Positions 19,148 through 29,484 of a stretch of 64,000 nucleotides of DNA are shown here, piece after piece. The stretch lies in NCBI GenBank assembly GCA_963776245.1, contig CAVZLN010000006.1, positions 544,001 to 608,000 on the forward strand, in the 5' to 3' direction. Each line of letters starts with the position of its first letter. Positions within the stretch are counted from its first letter, which is position 1. A program made the position numbers and the translations under genes. The stretch comes from Candidatus Eiseniibacteriota bacterium. GTDB taxonomy: Bacteria > Eisenbacteria > RBG-16-71-46. The notes under the pieces were generated by a model. It was given only the letters and a program-made list of their open reading frames with translations. It was not told the DNA's origin and made no database searches.

Positions 19148-22100
19148 TCAGGCCACCGGCGCCGGGGCCCCGGCCACCGCGGGCCCGCGCCGGCGCGCGC
19201 GCAGCCGGCGCTGGAGTCCGTCGAGGTAGGTGTAGAACACCGGCGTGACGTAGAGCGTCACGAGCTGCGAGAACGCCAGCCCTCCCACCACGGCGAGACC
19301 CAGCGGCCGGCGCGACTCGGCGCCGGTGCCGAAGCCGATGGCGATCGGGAGCGTGCCCATCAGCGCGGCCATGGTGGTCATCATGATGGGCCGGAAGCGG
19401 ATGATGCACGCCTCGACGATGGCGTCGCGCGGCGACTTGCCCTCGGTGCGCTCCGCGTCGAGCGCGAAGTCGATCATCATGATGGCGTTCTTCTTGACCA
19501 GGCCGACCAGCATGATGACGCCGACGAAGGCGTAGATCGAGAGCTCGGTGCGGAACACGAACAGCGTGAGCAGCGCGCCGAAGCCCGCGAACGGCAGCCC
19601 CGACAGGATCGTCAGCGGGTGGATGAAGCTCTCGTAGAGCACGCCGAGCACCAGGTAGATGACCAGCACCGCGAGCAGCAGCAGCCAGAGCAGGCCCTGC
19701 TGGCTGTCCTTGAACACCTGGGCGGTGCCGAAGAAGCTGGTGGAGATGGTCGCGGGCAGCACCTCGCGCGCGGCCTTCTCGACCGCGTCGGTGCCCTCGC
19801 CCAGCGCGACCCCGGGCCGGAGGTTGAACGACAGGGTGACCGCCGGGATCTGCCCGGCGTGGTTCACCGACAGCGGCCCGACGTCGGGCGCCAGCGTGGC
19901 GACCGCGCCGAGCGGGACCAGTCCGCCGTTGCGCGAGCGCACCGACAGCAGCGCGAGCGCGGACGGGTCGCGCTGGTACTGCGGCATCAGCTCCATGATG
20001 ACCCAGTACTGGTCGTTGGGCGTGAAGATGGTCGAGACCTGGGCCGAGCCGTAGGCGCTGTAGAGCGCCTGCTGGATCTGCAGCGCGGTGATGCCGAGCG
20101 CGGCCGCCCGGTCGCGGTCGATCTGCACCTCGATCTGCGGATTGCGGATCTGCAGGTCGCTGGTGACGTCCTGGAGCCGCGGCTCCTTCTGCAGCCGCAG
20201 CAGCAGCGCGGTCGCTCCGTCGTAGAGCGCTCCGATGTCGGTGCTCTGCAGGGTGTACTGGTACTGGCTCTTCGAGACCCGCCCGCCCACGCTGATCACG
20301 GGCGGGTTGTTGAGGTAGACGCGGATGCCCGGGACGCGCGCGAGCTTCGGCTGCAGCTCGGCGATGACCTCGTCCGCGGACAGCCGGCGCTGCGCCCGCG
20401 GCTTCAGCCGGATGAAGAGCCTCCCGCTGTTGGTCGTGCCGCCGCCGCCGCCCCCGGCGCCCGACATGAAGTCCTGCACGTTCGGGTCCTTCGCGACGAT
20501 CGCCGCCACCGCCTGCTGGTGGAGCACCATGGACTCGAACGACGTGCCTTCGGGGGTCTCGGTGGAGCCGCTGATCTGCCCCGTGTCCTCGCTCGGGATG
20601 AAGCCCTTGGGGACGATCCGGTAGAGCCCGTAGGTGCCGAGGAGGATGGCGAGCGAGAACGCCAGCGCGACGCGACGATGGTCCATCACCCACTCCAGCG
20701 TGCGCGTGTAGACGCCCAGTACCGCCTGGTAGGCGCGCTCGTTGGCCTGGTAGATGCGCCCATGCCGCCGTTCGTGCTCGCTGGTGAGGAATCGGCTGCA
20801 CAGCATCGGCGTGAGCGTGAGCGAGACGAAGCCCGAGATCAGGATCGCCGCGCTGATGGTGACCGCGAACTCGTGGAACAGGCGCCCGAGCAGGCCGCCC
20901 ATGAGCAGCACCGGGATGAACACCGCGACCAGCGAGAGGGTCATCGACAGGATGGTGAACCCGATCTCGCGCGAGCCCTCCAGCGCCGCCTGGAGCGGGG
21001 GCTTGCCCATCTCCACGTGCCGGTGGATGTTCTCGAGCATCACGATGGCGTCGTCCACCACGAAGCCGACCGACAGCGTGAGCGCCATGAGCGATAGGTT
21101 GTCGAGGCTGTAGCCCAGCCGGTTCATCACCGCGAAGGTGCCCACCACCGAGAGGGGCAGCGCGAGGCTGGGGATGACGGTGGCGGAGAGGTTCTTGAGG
21201 AACAGGAAGATGACCATCACCACCAGCGCGAACGTGAGCAGCAGCGTGAACTGGACGTCCGTGACCGAGTTCCGGATCGAGATCGAGCGGTCGTAGAGCG
21301 GGAACACCTGCACGGAAGCCGGCAGTTGCGGCTGCAGCCGCTTCACCAGCTCCTGCACCCGGCTCGCCACCGCGACGGTGTTGGTGCCCGGCTGGCGCTG
21401 GATGGCGAGGATGATGGCGCGCTCGCCGTGCGCCCAGTTCGCCGCCCGGTTGTTCTGCACGTCGTCGATGACGAGGCCCAGATCGCGAACGCGGACCGGC
21501 CCGCCCTCGCGCCAGGCGACCACCAGATCGCCGAACTCCTTCGCGTTCTTCAGCTGCCCGTTGGCCTGCACCGTGGCGGTGCGGTTCGGGCCCCACAGGA
21601 TGCCGGTCGGCAGATTCACATTGCCGCTGTTGATGGCGCTCGCGACCTCGTCGATGCCGATCTGGCGGGCGTTGAGGGCGTGCGGGTTGAGCCGCACGCG
21701 GACCGCGTACTTCTGCGAGCCGAACACCTGGACCTGCGCCACGCCGCTGACCATCGAGATGCGCTGCGCGAGGAAGCTCTCCGCGTACTCATTGAGCTGC
21801 GGGAGCGGCAGCATCTTCGAGGTCAAGCCAAACATGATGATGGGCGAGCCCGCCGGATTCACCTTCTGATACGAGGGCGGGATGATGCCCGAGGGCAGGC
21901 GGCGCAAGGTCTGCGCGATCGCCGACTGCACGTCCTGCGCGGCCGCGTCGATGTTGCGGTCGAGGGTGAACTGCATCGTGATGTTGGTGCTGCCCTGGCC
22001 CGAGGACGAGGTCATCACGTCGAGCCCGGGGATGGTGGAGAACTGCTTCTCGAGCGGCGTGGCGACCGCCGACGCCATGGTCTCGGGGCTCGCGCCGGCG

Positions 22101-22252
22101 AGGCTGGCGCTCACCGAGATGATCGGGTAGTCCACGTTCGGCACGTCGCTGACGGGCAGTTGCGTGTAGCCGATCAGCCCGAAGAACAGGATGCCGACCA
22201 TGATCAGCGTGGTGGCGATCGGCCTCCGGATGAACAGCGCCGAGAGGTTCAC
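19148..22252 (-). CDS. RND efflux permease (MdtB/MdtC-like)
   Basis: GTG start; FIRRPIAT, GASPETMASAVATPLE, GFVVDDAIV, KKNAIMMIDFA, RFRPIMMTT. Confidence 0.95.
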   Translation of the reverse strand: MNLSALFIRRPIATTLIMVGILFFGLIGYTQLPVSDVPNVDYPIISVSASLAGASPETMASAVATPLEKQFSTIPGLDVMTSSSGQGSTNITMQFTLDRNIDAAAQDVQSAIAQTLRRLPSGIIPPSYQKVNPAGSPIIMFGLTSKMLPLPQLNEYAESFLAQRISMVSGVAQVQVFGSQKYAVRVRLNPHALNARQIGIDEVASAINSGNVNLPTGILWGPNRTATVQANGQLKNAKEFGDLVVAWREGGPVRVRDLGLVIDDVQNNRAANWAHGERAIILAIQRQPGTNTVAVASRVQELVKRLQPQLPASVQVFPLYDRSISIRNSVTDVQFTLLLTFALVVMVIFLFLKNLSATVIPSLALPLSVVGTFAVMNRLGYSLDNLSLMALTLSVGFVVDDAIVMLENIHRHVEMGKPPLQAALEGSREIGFTILSMTLSLVAVFIPVLLMGGLLGRLFHEFAVTISAAILISGFVSLTLTPMLCSRFLTSEHERRHGRIYQANERAYQAVLGVYTRTLEWVMDHRRVALAFSLAILLGTYGLYRIVPKGFIPSEDTGQISGSTETPEGTSFESMVLHQQAVAAIVAKDPNVQDFMSGAGGGGGGTTNSGRLFIRLKPRAQRRLSADEVIAELQPKLARVPGIRVYLNNPPVISVGGRVSKSQYQYTLQSTDIGALYDGATALLLRLQKEPRLQDVTSDLQIRNPQIEVQIDRDRAAALGITALQIQQALYSAYGSAQVSTIFTPNDQYWVIMELMPQYQRDPSALALLSVRSRNGGLVPLGAVATLAPDVGPLSVNHAGQIPAVTLSFNLRPGVALGEGTDAVEKAAREVLPATISTSFFGTAQVFKDSQQGLLWLLLLAVLVIYLVLGVLYESFIHPLTILSGLPFAGFGALLTLFVFRTELSIYAFVGVIMLVGLVKKNAIMMIDFALDAERTEGKSPRDAIVEACIIRFRPIMMTTMAALMGTLPIAIGFGTGAESRRPLGLAVVGGLAFSQLVTLYVTPVFYTYLDGLQRRLRARRRGPAVAGAPAPVA

Positions 22253-23397
22253 GGCTGCCGGTCCCCCGCGGCCTGGCGCACCATCACGCGGGCCTTGGGG
22301 CCGATGCGGAACTGTCCGTCGGTGATCACGGTCTCGCCCGCCTCGATCCCGCCGGTGATCACCGCGAGGACGTCGTCGGACCGCACCACCCTGACCGGGC
22401 GAGAGGTGACCGTGGAGTCGGGATTCAGCACGTACACGTAGGTGCCCATCTGTCCGTTCGTCACGGCCGGGGCCGGCACCACCTTGACGCCCCGCTGGGT
22501 GGTGAGCACCAGCCGCACCTCGACGAACTCGCCCGGCCACAGCCGCCCGTCCCGGTTGGGGAACTCGCCCTTGAGCAGCAGCGTGCCGTTCGTCGGGTCC
22601 ACCGTGTTGTCGATGAACGCCAGCCGGCCCTCGACCTCCACCGAGTCCCCCGACGCCGCCCGCGCGAACACGCGCGGGCCGGCGGCGCGATAGCGCTGCA
22701 CGGCCGGCAGGTCACCCTGCGAGAGCGTGAACCGCACCAGCACCGGCCGGGTCTGGTTGAGGGTGACCAGCGGCTCCGAGGTGGCGGCCTTCACCAGATC
22801 GCCGACGTGCACGTCCACCTTCCCGGCCCGGCCCGCGATCGGTGCGCGGATGCTCGCGTACTCCAGGTTCAGCCGGGCGCCGGCGACCGCCGCGGAGTCC
22901 GCGCTCACGGTGCCGCGCAGCGCGTCGGCGGTGGCCGTCACCCGGTCGTGCTCGGCGGGCGCGATCAGGCTCTGCGCGAGCATCTTGTCCGCGCGCTCGG
23001 CGTCCAGCCGCGCGCTGGTCCACTGCGCCAGATCGCGCGCGAGGTTGGCCCGCGCCAGATCGAGCGCGGCGCGGAACGGCCGCGGGTCGAGCTCGATCAG
23101 CACCTGCCCGGCCGCGACCTCCTGACCCTCGCGGAACGCGATGCGGGTGACCACGCCGCCGACCTGCGAGCCCACCGAGGCGTTCTGCACCGCCTCCACC
23201 GTGCCAGTGGAGACGAGCGCGAGCGGCATGTCGCGCACCTCGACCCTCGCGACGGTGACCGGCACACGGGGATCGCGCGGCGCCTTGCGGCCGCCGCACC
23301 CGGCCACGAGCAACGCCAGCACTGCGAACCAGACCATCAGCGGACGCGGACGGGAACGGCGCGGGGACGGCCCCGCGAGCCCGGCGAGGGCATTCAT
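22249..23397 (-). CDS. RND periplasmic adaptor (MdtA-like lipoprotein)
   Basis: Lipobox VAGC; IRAPIAGRAG; FIDNTVDPTNGT; LWPGEFV. Confidence 0.93.
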   Translation of the reverse strand: MNALAGLAGPSPRRSRPRPLMVWFAVLALLVAGCGGRKAPRDPRVPVTVARVEVRDMPLALVSTGTVEAVQNASVGSQVGGVVTRIAFREGQEVAAGQVLIELDPRPFRAALDLARANLARDLAQWTSARLDAERADKMLAQSLIAPAEHDRVTATADALRGTVSADSAAVAGARLNLEYASIRAPIAGRAGKVDVHVGDLVKAATSEPLVTLNQTRPVLVRFTLSQGDLPAVQRYRAAGPRVFARAASGDSVEVEGRLAFIDNTVDPTNGTLLLKGEFPNRDGRLWPGEFVEVRLVLTTQRGVKVVPAPAVTNGQMGTYVYVLNPDSTVTSRPVRVVRSDDVLAVITGGIEAGETVITDGQFRIGPKARVMVRQAAGDRQP

Positions 23398-23616
23398 GGG
23401 AGCACTCCTGGGACGCTGGCGGGGGCCTTCATTCCAAGGGTATACCCTCGCGCCACCCGACGCGTCCAGCCCGTGTCCACCGCGCAGCGCTCGCGACCCG
23501 GATTGCCGCGCTCGTCCGCGCCCGCGGTCCCTGCGGTCTCCGCGGCGCCCGCCGTGCCCGGTCGCGCCACCCCGGCCGGCGCCGCGAGCTCACTTCATTC
23601 GCACCCCGATGCGCGG

Positions 23617-23646
23617 CACGCCGCACCGGTTGCCCGGTGCGGCGTG
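23617..23646 (-). terminator. Hairpin downstream of the multicopper oxidase
   Basis: Perfect 13-bp stem CACGCCGCACCGG with a GCAA loop on the minus strand. Confidence 0.55.
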
Positions 23647-23687
23647 TGCGGCCTGCTCTCGGCGATCGGGGGATGCCGAGCCGCGTC

Positions 23688-26111
23688 CTACTGGATGCGC
23701 GCGAGTCGCTGGGTGATCACCTGGCCCTGCGCCTCGAACCGGATGAAGTAGAGACCATTCGAGACCGTGCGGCCGTCGGCATCGCGGCCATCCCACGTCA
23801 GGCCGTGCGGGCCCGCCGGGAACGCGCCGTTCGCCAGCTCGCGCACCTTGCGGCCGCCGGCGTCGTAGACCGCGAGGCGCACATGGCCCTCGCGCGAGAG
23901 CGAGAATCGCAGGCTGGCGTCCCCGGCCGTCGGGTTCGGAGTCGGGCGCTCGAACGCGAAGCGCGAGTCGAGCGGGAGCTCGACCCAGGCCTCACCGAAG
24001 AAGCGCTCCGTGCCGCCCTCGACCACGCCGAGCCGGTATCCATAGCTCTGGCCCGGGGTCGCGTCGCGGTCGTCGTACACCAGGTGGCCAGTGCCGTCCG
24101 CCGCGAGCGTGCCGAGGCGGGCCCAGGCGTCACTCGCGGTGCGGCGGTAGAGCGAGGCGACCGTCGCCGCGTCGGGGCTGTACCAGTCGAGATGGATGGC
24201 GCCGTCCTGCACCAGGCCGGTCACCAGCGCGAGCTGCACCGGAGTCGCGGTGTTGCAGTAGTACTCCTCACCCACCAGGGGATCCGGGATGTCGGCCGGG
24301 GTCAGCACGGGCGAGCCGGGCGCGCCGGCCGCCGTCAGCTGATACGGGCGCATCATGTCGTTCTCTTCGTGCTCCAGGATGTGACAGTGGGTCACGTACG
24401 GCCCGCTCGTGGCGTCGAACGGGAACGATCCACCGTCCTGCGGCGCGAACCGCACCAGGATGCGCGAGACCTCGCCCGGATTGCAGCGGAAGGTGTCCTT
24501 CCAGCCGCGCTCGTTGGCCTCCGGGGCGAAGGGCGTCCCCGACAGGTAGGGCTCGAACGGGACCGGGTTGTACATACCACCCATGGGCACCGGGATCACC
24601 GGGTTCTGGATGTCGAATTCGGTCGTGAACGCCATGGAATTGAAGGCCTGGCGGCTGTAGGGCAGGAACTGCACCAGGTGCAGGTGCATCGGGTGCGTGT
24701 CCATGGTCATGTTCACGATCTCCCACAGCTCGGTCTCGCCGACCTTGGGCATGATCACGTCCATGTCGTCCACGAACTCCCGCCCGTCGATATACATCCC
24801 CAACGGCCCGCCGGGGCCCGCCTTCTCCATCAACGTGACAGTGCGGCGGCGGGTCGGGATGAGTTCGGGCATGGGGTTGTTCGTGCTGATGGTGCTTCCA
24901 TCCGGGCCGCCCGCCGCGTGCACGCGGAACTGCATCACCTGGCCGGAGGTGGACGGATCCACCGGGTCACCGTCCGGGAACGGGGAGTTCGCGTTGTTGA
25001 CCAGCACCAGGTTCGTCCCAGGGGCCACGCCCGCGAAGTCGATGATGACGTCGCAGCGCTCGCCGGGGGCGATGATCAGCCGCCGGGTGTTGGGGTTGGC
25101 CGGGTTGTTGAGCACCACCGCGCACGGCAGGTAACCGCCGTCGGTGCCGATCTGGTAGAAGGCGGGCCCGGGCGCGCCGGTCTGCTGGTCCTCGAGCCGC
25201 ACCGAGAAGAACCGCGCCTGGGATCCGTTCAGGAACCGGAAGCGATACTTGCGCGCCTCGACGTCGAGGTACGGCCACACCTTGCCGTTCACCATCATCA
25301 CGTCGCCGAAGAACTCCGGCCCCCAGAACGGATGCTCCGGGTTCACGCTCATGTTCGGATAGAGCAGCGAGCCGTCGTCGTTGAACATCTTGTCCTGGAG
25401 GCAGAGCGGCACATCGTACGGCCCGCTGGGCAGGTTGGAGGGCTCGTTGCCGGGGTCCTGCACGAGGAAATAGCCCGCCAGGCCGGCGTACACGTTGAGC
25501 CGCGTGTATCCCCACGCGTGATCGTGGTACCAGATGGTCGAGGCCTGCTGCCCGTTGTGGTAAGTGAAGGTATCGTGCGACCAGAGCGTGCCCTTGTCGG
25601 TGTAGTCGTTCGTGAACCACTGGAACGGGTGGCCGTCGCTCTGGGGCTCGGTCTCGCCACCGTGGACGTGCGGGACCACGGGGATCCCGCCATGCGGCGG
25701 ACGCGCGCCCATGATGGTCGGGTCGTTCACGCTCTCGAACAGATGCACGGCCGGAAGGTGATTCTCCCACTTCACCTGGATGGGCACGTTCCGCTGCGCG
25801 ACGATGCTCAGCGCCGGATAGCTCGCGGTGGCCTGCGACGTGCCGTAACCCCACACCGTGCTGGGGGCCAGTTCGCTGTGGAGCTGCTGGGTGATCTGGT
25901 ACATGCCGATCGTGTAGTGGTTCGGTCCGTCCTGCGGCATCGCACCGGGAAGCGGCAGCGGGTCGATGTACTTGGTGAGGCTGAGGGGATCCAGTGGAAG
26001 GGCTCGCGCTGAGGAGGCGGCGAGGAGCGCGATGCAGGCGGCCAGGAAAAGGTTCAGGAAATGTCGCGTGTGGTCGCGGAGACCGGACGCCGAGCGTAGC
26101 GGTGTCAGCAT
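23688..26111 (-). CDS. Multicopper oxidase (CotA/bilirubin oxidase-like) with an FlgD-Ig/T9SS-like CTD
   Basis: Copper motifs HVHG, WYHDH, HPMHLHL and HCHILEHEENDMM; C-terminal PNP...WDGRD...VSNGLYFIRF. Confidence 0.92.
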   Translation of the reverse strand: MLTPLRSASGLRDHTRHFLNLFLAACIALLAASSARALPLDPLSLTKYIDPLPLPGAMPQDGPNHYTIGMYQITQQLHSELAPSTVWGYGTSQATASYPALSIVAQRNVPIQVKWENHLPAVHLFESVNDPTIMGARPPHGGIPVVPHVHGGETEPQSDGHPFQWFTNDYTDKGTLWSHDTFTYHNGQQASTIWYHDHAWGYTRLNVYAGLAGYFLVQDPGNEPSNLPSGPYDVPLCLQDKMFNDDGSLLYPNMSVNPEHPFWGPEFFGDVMMVNGKVWPYLDVEARKYRFRFLNGSQARFFSVRLEDQQTGAPGPAFYQIGTDGGYLPCAVVLNNPANPNTRRLIIAPGERCDVIIDFAGVAPGTNLVLVNNANSPFPDGDPVDPSTSGQVMQFRVHAAGGPDGSTISTNNPMPELIPTRRRTVTLMEKAGPGGPLGMYIDGREFVDDMDVIMPKVGETELWEIVNMTMDTHPMHLHLVQFLPYSRQAFNSMAFTTEFDIQNPVIPVPMGGMYNPVPFEPYLSGTPFAPEANERGWKDTFRCNPGEVSRILVRFAPQDGGSFPFDATSGPYVTHCHILEHEENDMMRPYQLTAAGAPGSPVLTPADIPDPLVGEEYYCNTATPVQLALVTGLVQDGAIHLDWYSPDAATVASLYRRTASDAWARLGTLAADGTGHLVYDDRDATPGQSYGYRLGVVEGGTERFFGEAWVELPLDSRFAFERPTPNPTAGDASLRFSLSREGHVRLAVYDAGGRKVRELANGAFPAGPHGLTWDGRDADGRTVSNGLYFIRFEAQGQVITQRLARIQ

Positions 26112-26232
26112 GATGACCTCGGGGATGGAGGGTAAGTCCAACGGTGGACGGGTGCTAAGAGAGGTCCGGCGGCCCACTGCCTCGACATCGACCGTCCTGG
26201 TCACCAGCAGTTCGAGACTTTCTTCACATGGA

Positions 26233-26262
26233 ATGCTACCCGACCTCAAAAATGGAAGTCAA
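26233..26262 (-). promoter_or_regulatory. Putative sigma70 promoter of the multicopper oxidase
   Basis: Minus strand TTGACT, 18 nt spacer, TAGCAT in an AT-richer patch. Confidence 0.5.
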
Positions 26263-26358
26263 GACATTGTGCGGTTGGGATGGGGTAGGTCAACCCGACT
26301 GAGGGCCAGCGGGATGGGTCAGCCGGTGGGTCCGACCGCCGGCCCGAGGAGCGCCCGC

Positions 26359-27081
26359 TCAGGCCAGGTTGTGGAACACCCGCTGGACGTCGTCGTCCTG
26401 CTCGAGGGCGTCGATCATCTTGAGGACCTCGGTGGCGCGGTCCTCCGGGAGCTCGACAGGGCTGGACGGGATGTACTCGGATTCGGCCGAGAGGGGGGCC
26501 AGTTTGCGGTCCTCGAGGGCCTTCTGGAGCCGGCCGAAGTCGCCGAAGCCGCACCGGATGACGATCTGGGGCTCGCCCTTCTCGCCGACGCTCTCCCCCA
26601 TCTCCTCGAGACCGTGGTCGATGAGGTCGAGTTCGAGGGTCTCCGGGTCGAGCCCTTCCGGCTTGAGCCGGAACACCCCCATGCGCCGGAACAGGAATCC
26701 GACGCTCCCGGTCGAGCCCATGTTGCCGCCACCCTTGTTGAAATGGCTGCGGATGTTGGCGACCGTGCGCGTGGGATTGTCGGTCGCCGCTTCGACCAGC
26801 ACCGCCACGCCATGCGCCCCGTAGCCCTCGTAGAGGATCTCCTCGTAGCTCGCCACGTCCTGACCGGACGCCTTCTTGATCGCCGACTCGACCTTGTCCT
26901 TCGGCATATTGAGGGCGCGCGAGTTCTGGATGATGCGCCGCAGCGACGGGTTGTTCTCGGGGTTCGGCCCGCTCGCCCTCACCGCGATGGTGATCTCCTT
27001 GCCGATGCGGGCGAACGCCTTGGACATCTTGTCCCAGCGGGCGAACATCGTGGCTTTGCGGGTCTCGAAGATGCGTCCCAT
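26359..27081 (-). CDS. yebC: YebC/PmpR family protein
   Basis: [51 protein letters not shown]. Confidence 0.93.
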   Translation of the reverse strand: MGRIFETRKATMFARWDKMSKAFARIGKEITIAVRASGPNPENNPSLRRIIQNSRALNMPKDKVESAIKKASGQDVASYEEILYEGYGAHGVAVLVEAATDNPTRTVANIRSHFNKGGGNMGSTGSVGFLFRRMGVFRLKPEGLDPETLELDLIDHGLEEMGESVGEKGEPQIVIRCGFGDFGRLQKALEDRKLAPLSAESEYIPSSPVELPEDRATEVLKMIDALEQDDDVQRVFHNLA

Positions 27082-27347
27082 GATCGTTCCTGCGCGGAGA
27101 GGGCCTCGGATCGGGGCAGACCCGGTGGGGGCGGTCGGCGGAGTTCGGGCAGCGCGATGGCCGCCGCCGGCAGCGAGTGTCGCGCGCCCGGCACGTCCAA
27201 GTAAAGGCCCCGTCCCCGCGCTCGGACCCGCGGCCGGCCGGTCCGGGCCGGATTGACTCCGTCGCCGGGAACCGGAATCGTGCTCCCCTCGGGCGCGCTC
27301 GCTCATGAGAGTCACCCATCGCGCCCGGTCCGGAGGCCCTGGTTCCC

Positions 27348-28253
27348 ATGGATCTGCTGCGGCTGTTCGCGGACAACCTGCTGCCGGTGTTCCTGACCGC
27401 GGGCGCCGGCTACCTGATCGCGGCGACCCTGCGTCCCGATCCGCGCGGGCTCGCCCAGGTGGCGCTCTACGTGCTCGCCCCGTGCCTCATCTTCGAGGTC
27501 ATCCTCCAGAGTCGCGTGCCGGTCGGGCTCCTGCTGCGCATGATGGGGTTCGCCTCGGTGTGTCTCGTGCTTCCCGCGCTGGTCGCGGTCGCGGTCGCGC
27601 GCTGGCGGCGCTGGCCGCGCCCGCTGGCGAGCGCGGTCGTCCTCACCGTGCTGCTGACCAACGCCGGCAACTACGGGATGTCGGTCAACCTGATCGCCTT
27701 CGGGCAGGACGGGCTCGCCTACGCCAGCCTCTACTTCCTGACTTCCGCGATCATGAGCTACACCGTGGGCGTGTTCGTGGCCTCGCTCGGACGCACCAGC
27801 GTCCGCGCGTCGCTCGCCGGATTGCTGAAGGTGCCCACGGTGTGGGCCGTCGTGCTGGCGTTCGCGATGGTGCGCCTCGGGGTGACCCTGCCGGGACCCG
27901 CCGCGAGCGCCGTGCATCTGCTCGCGCAGGCGTGCGTGCCGGTGTTCCTCGTGGTGCTCGGCATGCAATTGCGGGGCGCGCGCATGAGGGGCCCGTGGCG
28001 TCCGGTCGTCTTCGCCACCGGGATGCGGCTGGCCGGCGGGGCGGCCGTGGGGCTCCTGGTCGCGCCGTGGTTCGGGCTCCACGGGGTCGCGCGCCAGGCG
28101 GGCGTGCTGCAGTCCTCGATGCCGTCCGCGGTCATCGGGACCATTCTCGCGACCGAATACGACGTCGAGCCCTCGCTGGTGACGTCGGTGGTGCTCCTCA
28201 CCACGCTGCTGAGCCCGTTCACGCTGACGCCGCTGCTCGCGTATCTGCGCTGA
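27348..28253 (+). CDS. AEC (auxin efflux carrier) family transporter
   Basis: About ten TM segments; NAGNYG, MPSAV and TTLLS motifs. Confidence 0.85.
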   Translation: MDLLRLFADNLLPVFLTAGAGYLIAATLRPDPRGLAQVALYVLAPCLIFEVILQSRVPVGLLLRMMGFASVCLVLPALVAVAVARWRRWPRPLASAVVLTVLLTNAGNYGMSVNLIAFGQDGLAYASLYFLTSAIMSYTVGVFVASLGRTSVRASLAGLLKVPTVWAVVLAFAMVRLGVTLPGPAASAVHLLAQACVPVFLVVLGMQLRGARMRGPWRPVVFATGMRLAGGAAVGLLVAPWFGLHGVARQAGVLQSSMPSAVIGTILATEYDVEPSLVTSVVLLTTLLSPFTLTPLLAYLR

Positions 28254-28360
28254 TCGGCGCCGTGCGCGGCGTCCGGCGCGCCGCCCGCTCGTGTATGATG
28301 CCCGCGCTCCGGCCCGACCGTCCCATCGGGCGTGACGCCCCGGCACCGAGGCCCCATCCC

Positions 28361-28747
28361 ATGCTCCTGAACGTGCAGACCGCTCCGGGCGAGTTCCTCG
28401 ACCGTCTCGTCATCCTCGAGATCAAGTCCGAGCGGATCGCGGACCCGGGGAAGCTCGCCAACGTGCGCCGCGAGCTCGAGCTGCTGCGCGCCACCTGGGC
28501 CGCTTCGCCGCTCGCCGCGCGCGACGTCGCGGCATCGGTGGCCGCGCTCAAGGCGGTTAACGAGGCGCTGTGGGAGATCGAGGACCGCATCCGCGCCTGC
28601 GAGGCGGAAGCCCGCTTCGACGCCGAGTTCATCGACCTCGCTCGCTCGGTCTATCGCACCAACGACCGGCGCGCGGCGATCAAGCGCGAGCTGAACCTCG
28701 CGCTGGGGTCCGACCTGCTCGAGGAGAAATCGTACACCGAGTACTGA
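28361..28747 (+). CDS. DUF6165-like protein
   Basis: GEFLDRLVILEIK...VNEALWEIED.IR...FIDLARSVYRTND.RA.IK...EEKSY. Confidence 0.8.
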   Translation: MLLNVQTAPGEFLDRLVILEIKSERIADPGKLANVRRELELLRATWAASPLAARDVAASVAALKAVNEALWEIEDRIRACEAEARFDAEFIDLARSVYRTNDRRAAIKRELNLALGSDLLEEKSYTEY

Positions 28748-28810
28748 GACGCGGCGCGGGACCCCACGGGACTCCCCGGGCGGATCGGGGACGCGGCCGG
28801 GCAGGCGCCG

Positions 28811-28990
28811 TCACGACGCGATGATCGGGTGATCGGTGCCCTCCTCCTCCTCCCGCTCCATGTCCCGGAGCAGCCCGTTCACCATGCGCTCGAGCAGGCT
28901 CTGCACCGTGATGCCCTCCCGGCGCGCCTCCGCCTCGTAGGCGCGCAGGGCCTCCTCGCCGATCTCCACGCAGATATGGACTCTCGACAT
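28811..28990 (-). CDS. 59-aa ribbon-helix-helix-like protein (not in the ORF track)
   Basis: Purine-rich RBS, then MSRVHICVEIGEEALRAYEAEARREGITVQSLLERMVNGLLRDMEREEEEGTDHPIIAS; GC-rich third codon positions. Confidence 0.65.
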   Translation of the reverse strand: MSRVHICVEIGEEALRAYEAEARREGITVQSLLERMVNGLLRDMEREEEEGTDHPIIAS

Positions 28991-29089
28991 GCGGGCACAT
29001 CCCCCCTGGCGGAGTCGCGCTCCGCCGACGCCCGGGGCGGGCGGGCCGCTCCCCGCAGCCGGCGGCCCCCCACGCCCGGGACTCGAGCG

Positions 29090-29482
29090 CTAGACCGCCG
29101 GGACCGCCTTGAACCCGTAGCACAGGATGCCGCCGTGTCCTTCCGCTCGCAGGCGGCGGAACACCAACGACACGTCCATGCCGGGCTGCACCGCCGACGG
29201 ATCGCAGTCCACCACCTGGGTCATGAGCCGCGCGCCTTCCGGGGTCTCCACCACGGCGACCACGTAAGGCGCCTCCATCTGGAAGTCGGTCGGGGCCACG
29301 GTCACGACGGTCGAGGTGATGACCTTGCCCTTCCACGACAGCTTGGTCTTCTCGAACTCGGTGCCTCGGCACGCCGGACAGATGCGGCGCGCCGGGAACA
29401 CCACCTTGCTGCACTTGCTGCAGCGCACCGCCTCGAGGCGATAGCGCGTCGGGATCTCTCGCCAGTATCTCGGGCTGGGCAT
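29090..29482 (-). CDS. DUF35 Zn-ribbon/OB-fold protein
   Basis: MPSPRYWRE, CSKC...CPAC, PYVVAVVE, VFRRL...YGFK. Confidence 0.9.
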   Translation of the reverse strand: MPSPRYWREIPTRYRLEAVRCSKCSKVVFPARRICPACRGTEFEKTKLSWKGKVITSTVVTVAPTDFQMEAPYVVAVVETPEGARLMTQVVDCDPSAVQPGMDVSLVFRRLRAEGHGGILCYGFKAVPAV

Positions 29483-29484
29483 GG

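Noticed and set aside
23437..23448. Palindrome AGGGTATACCCT upstream of the RND operon as an operator
   Set aside because: Single short occurrence and no adjacent regulator; insufficient support.
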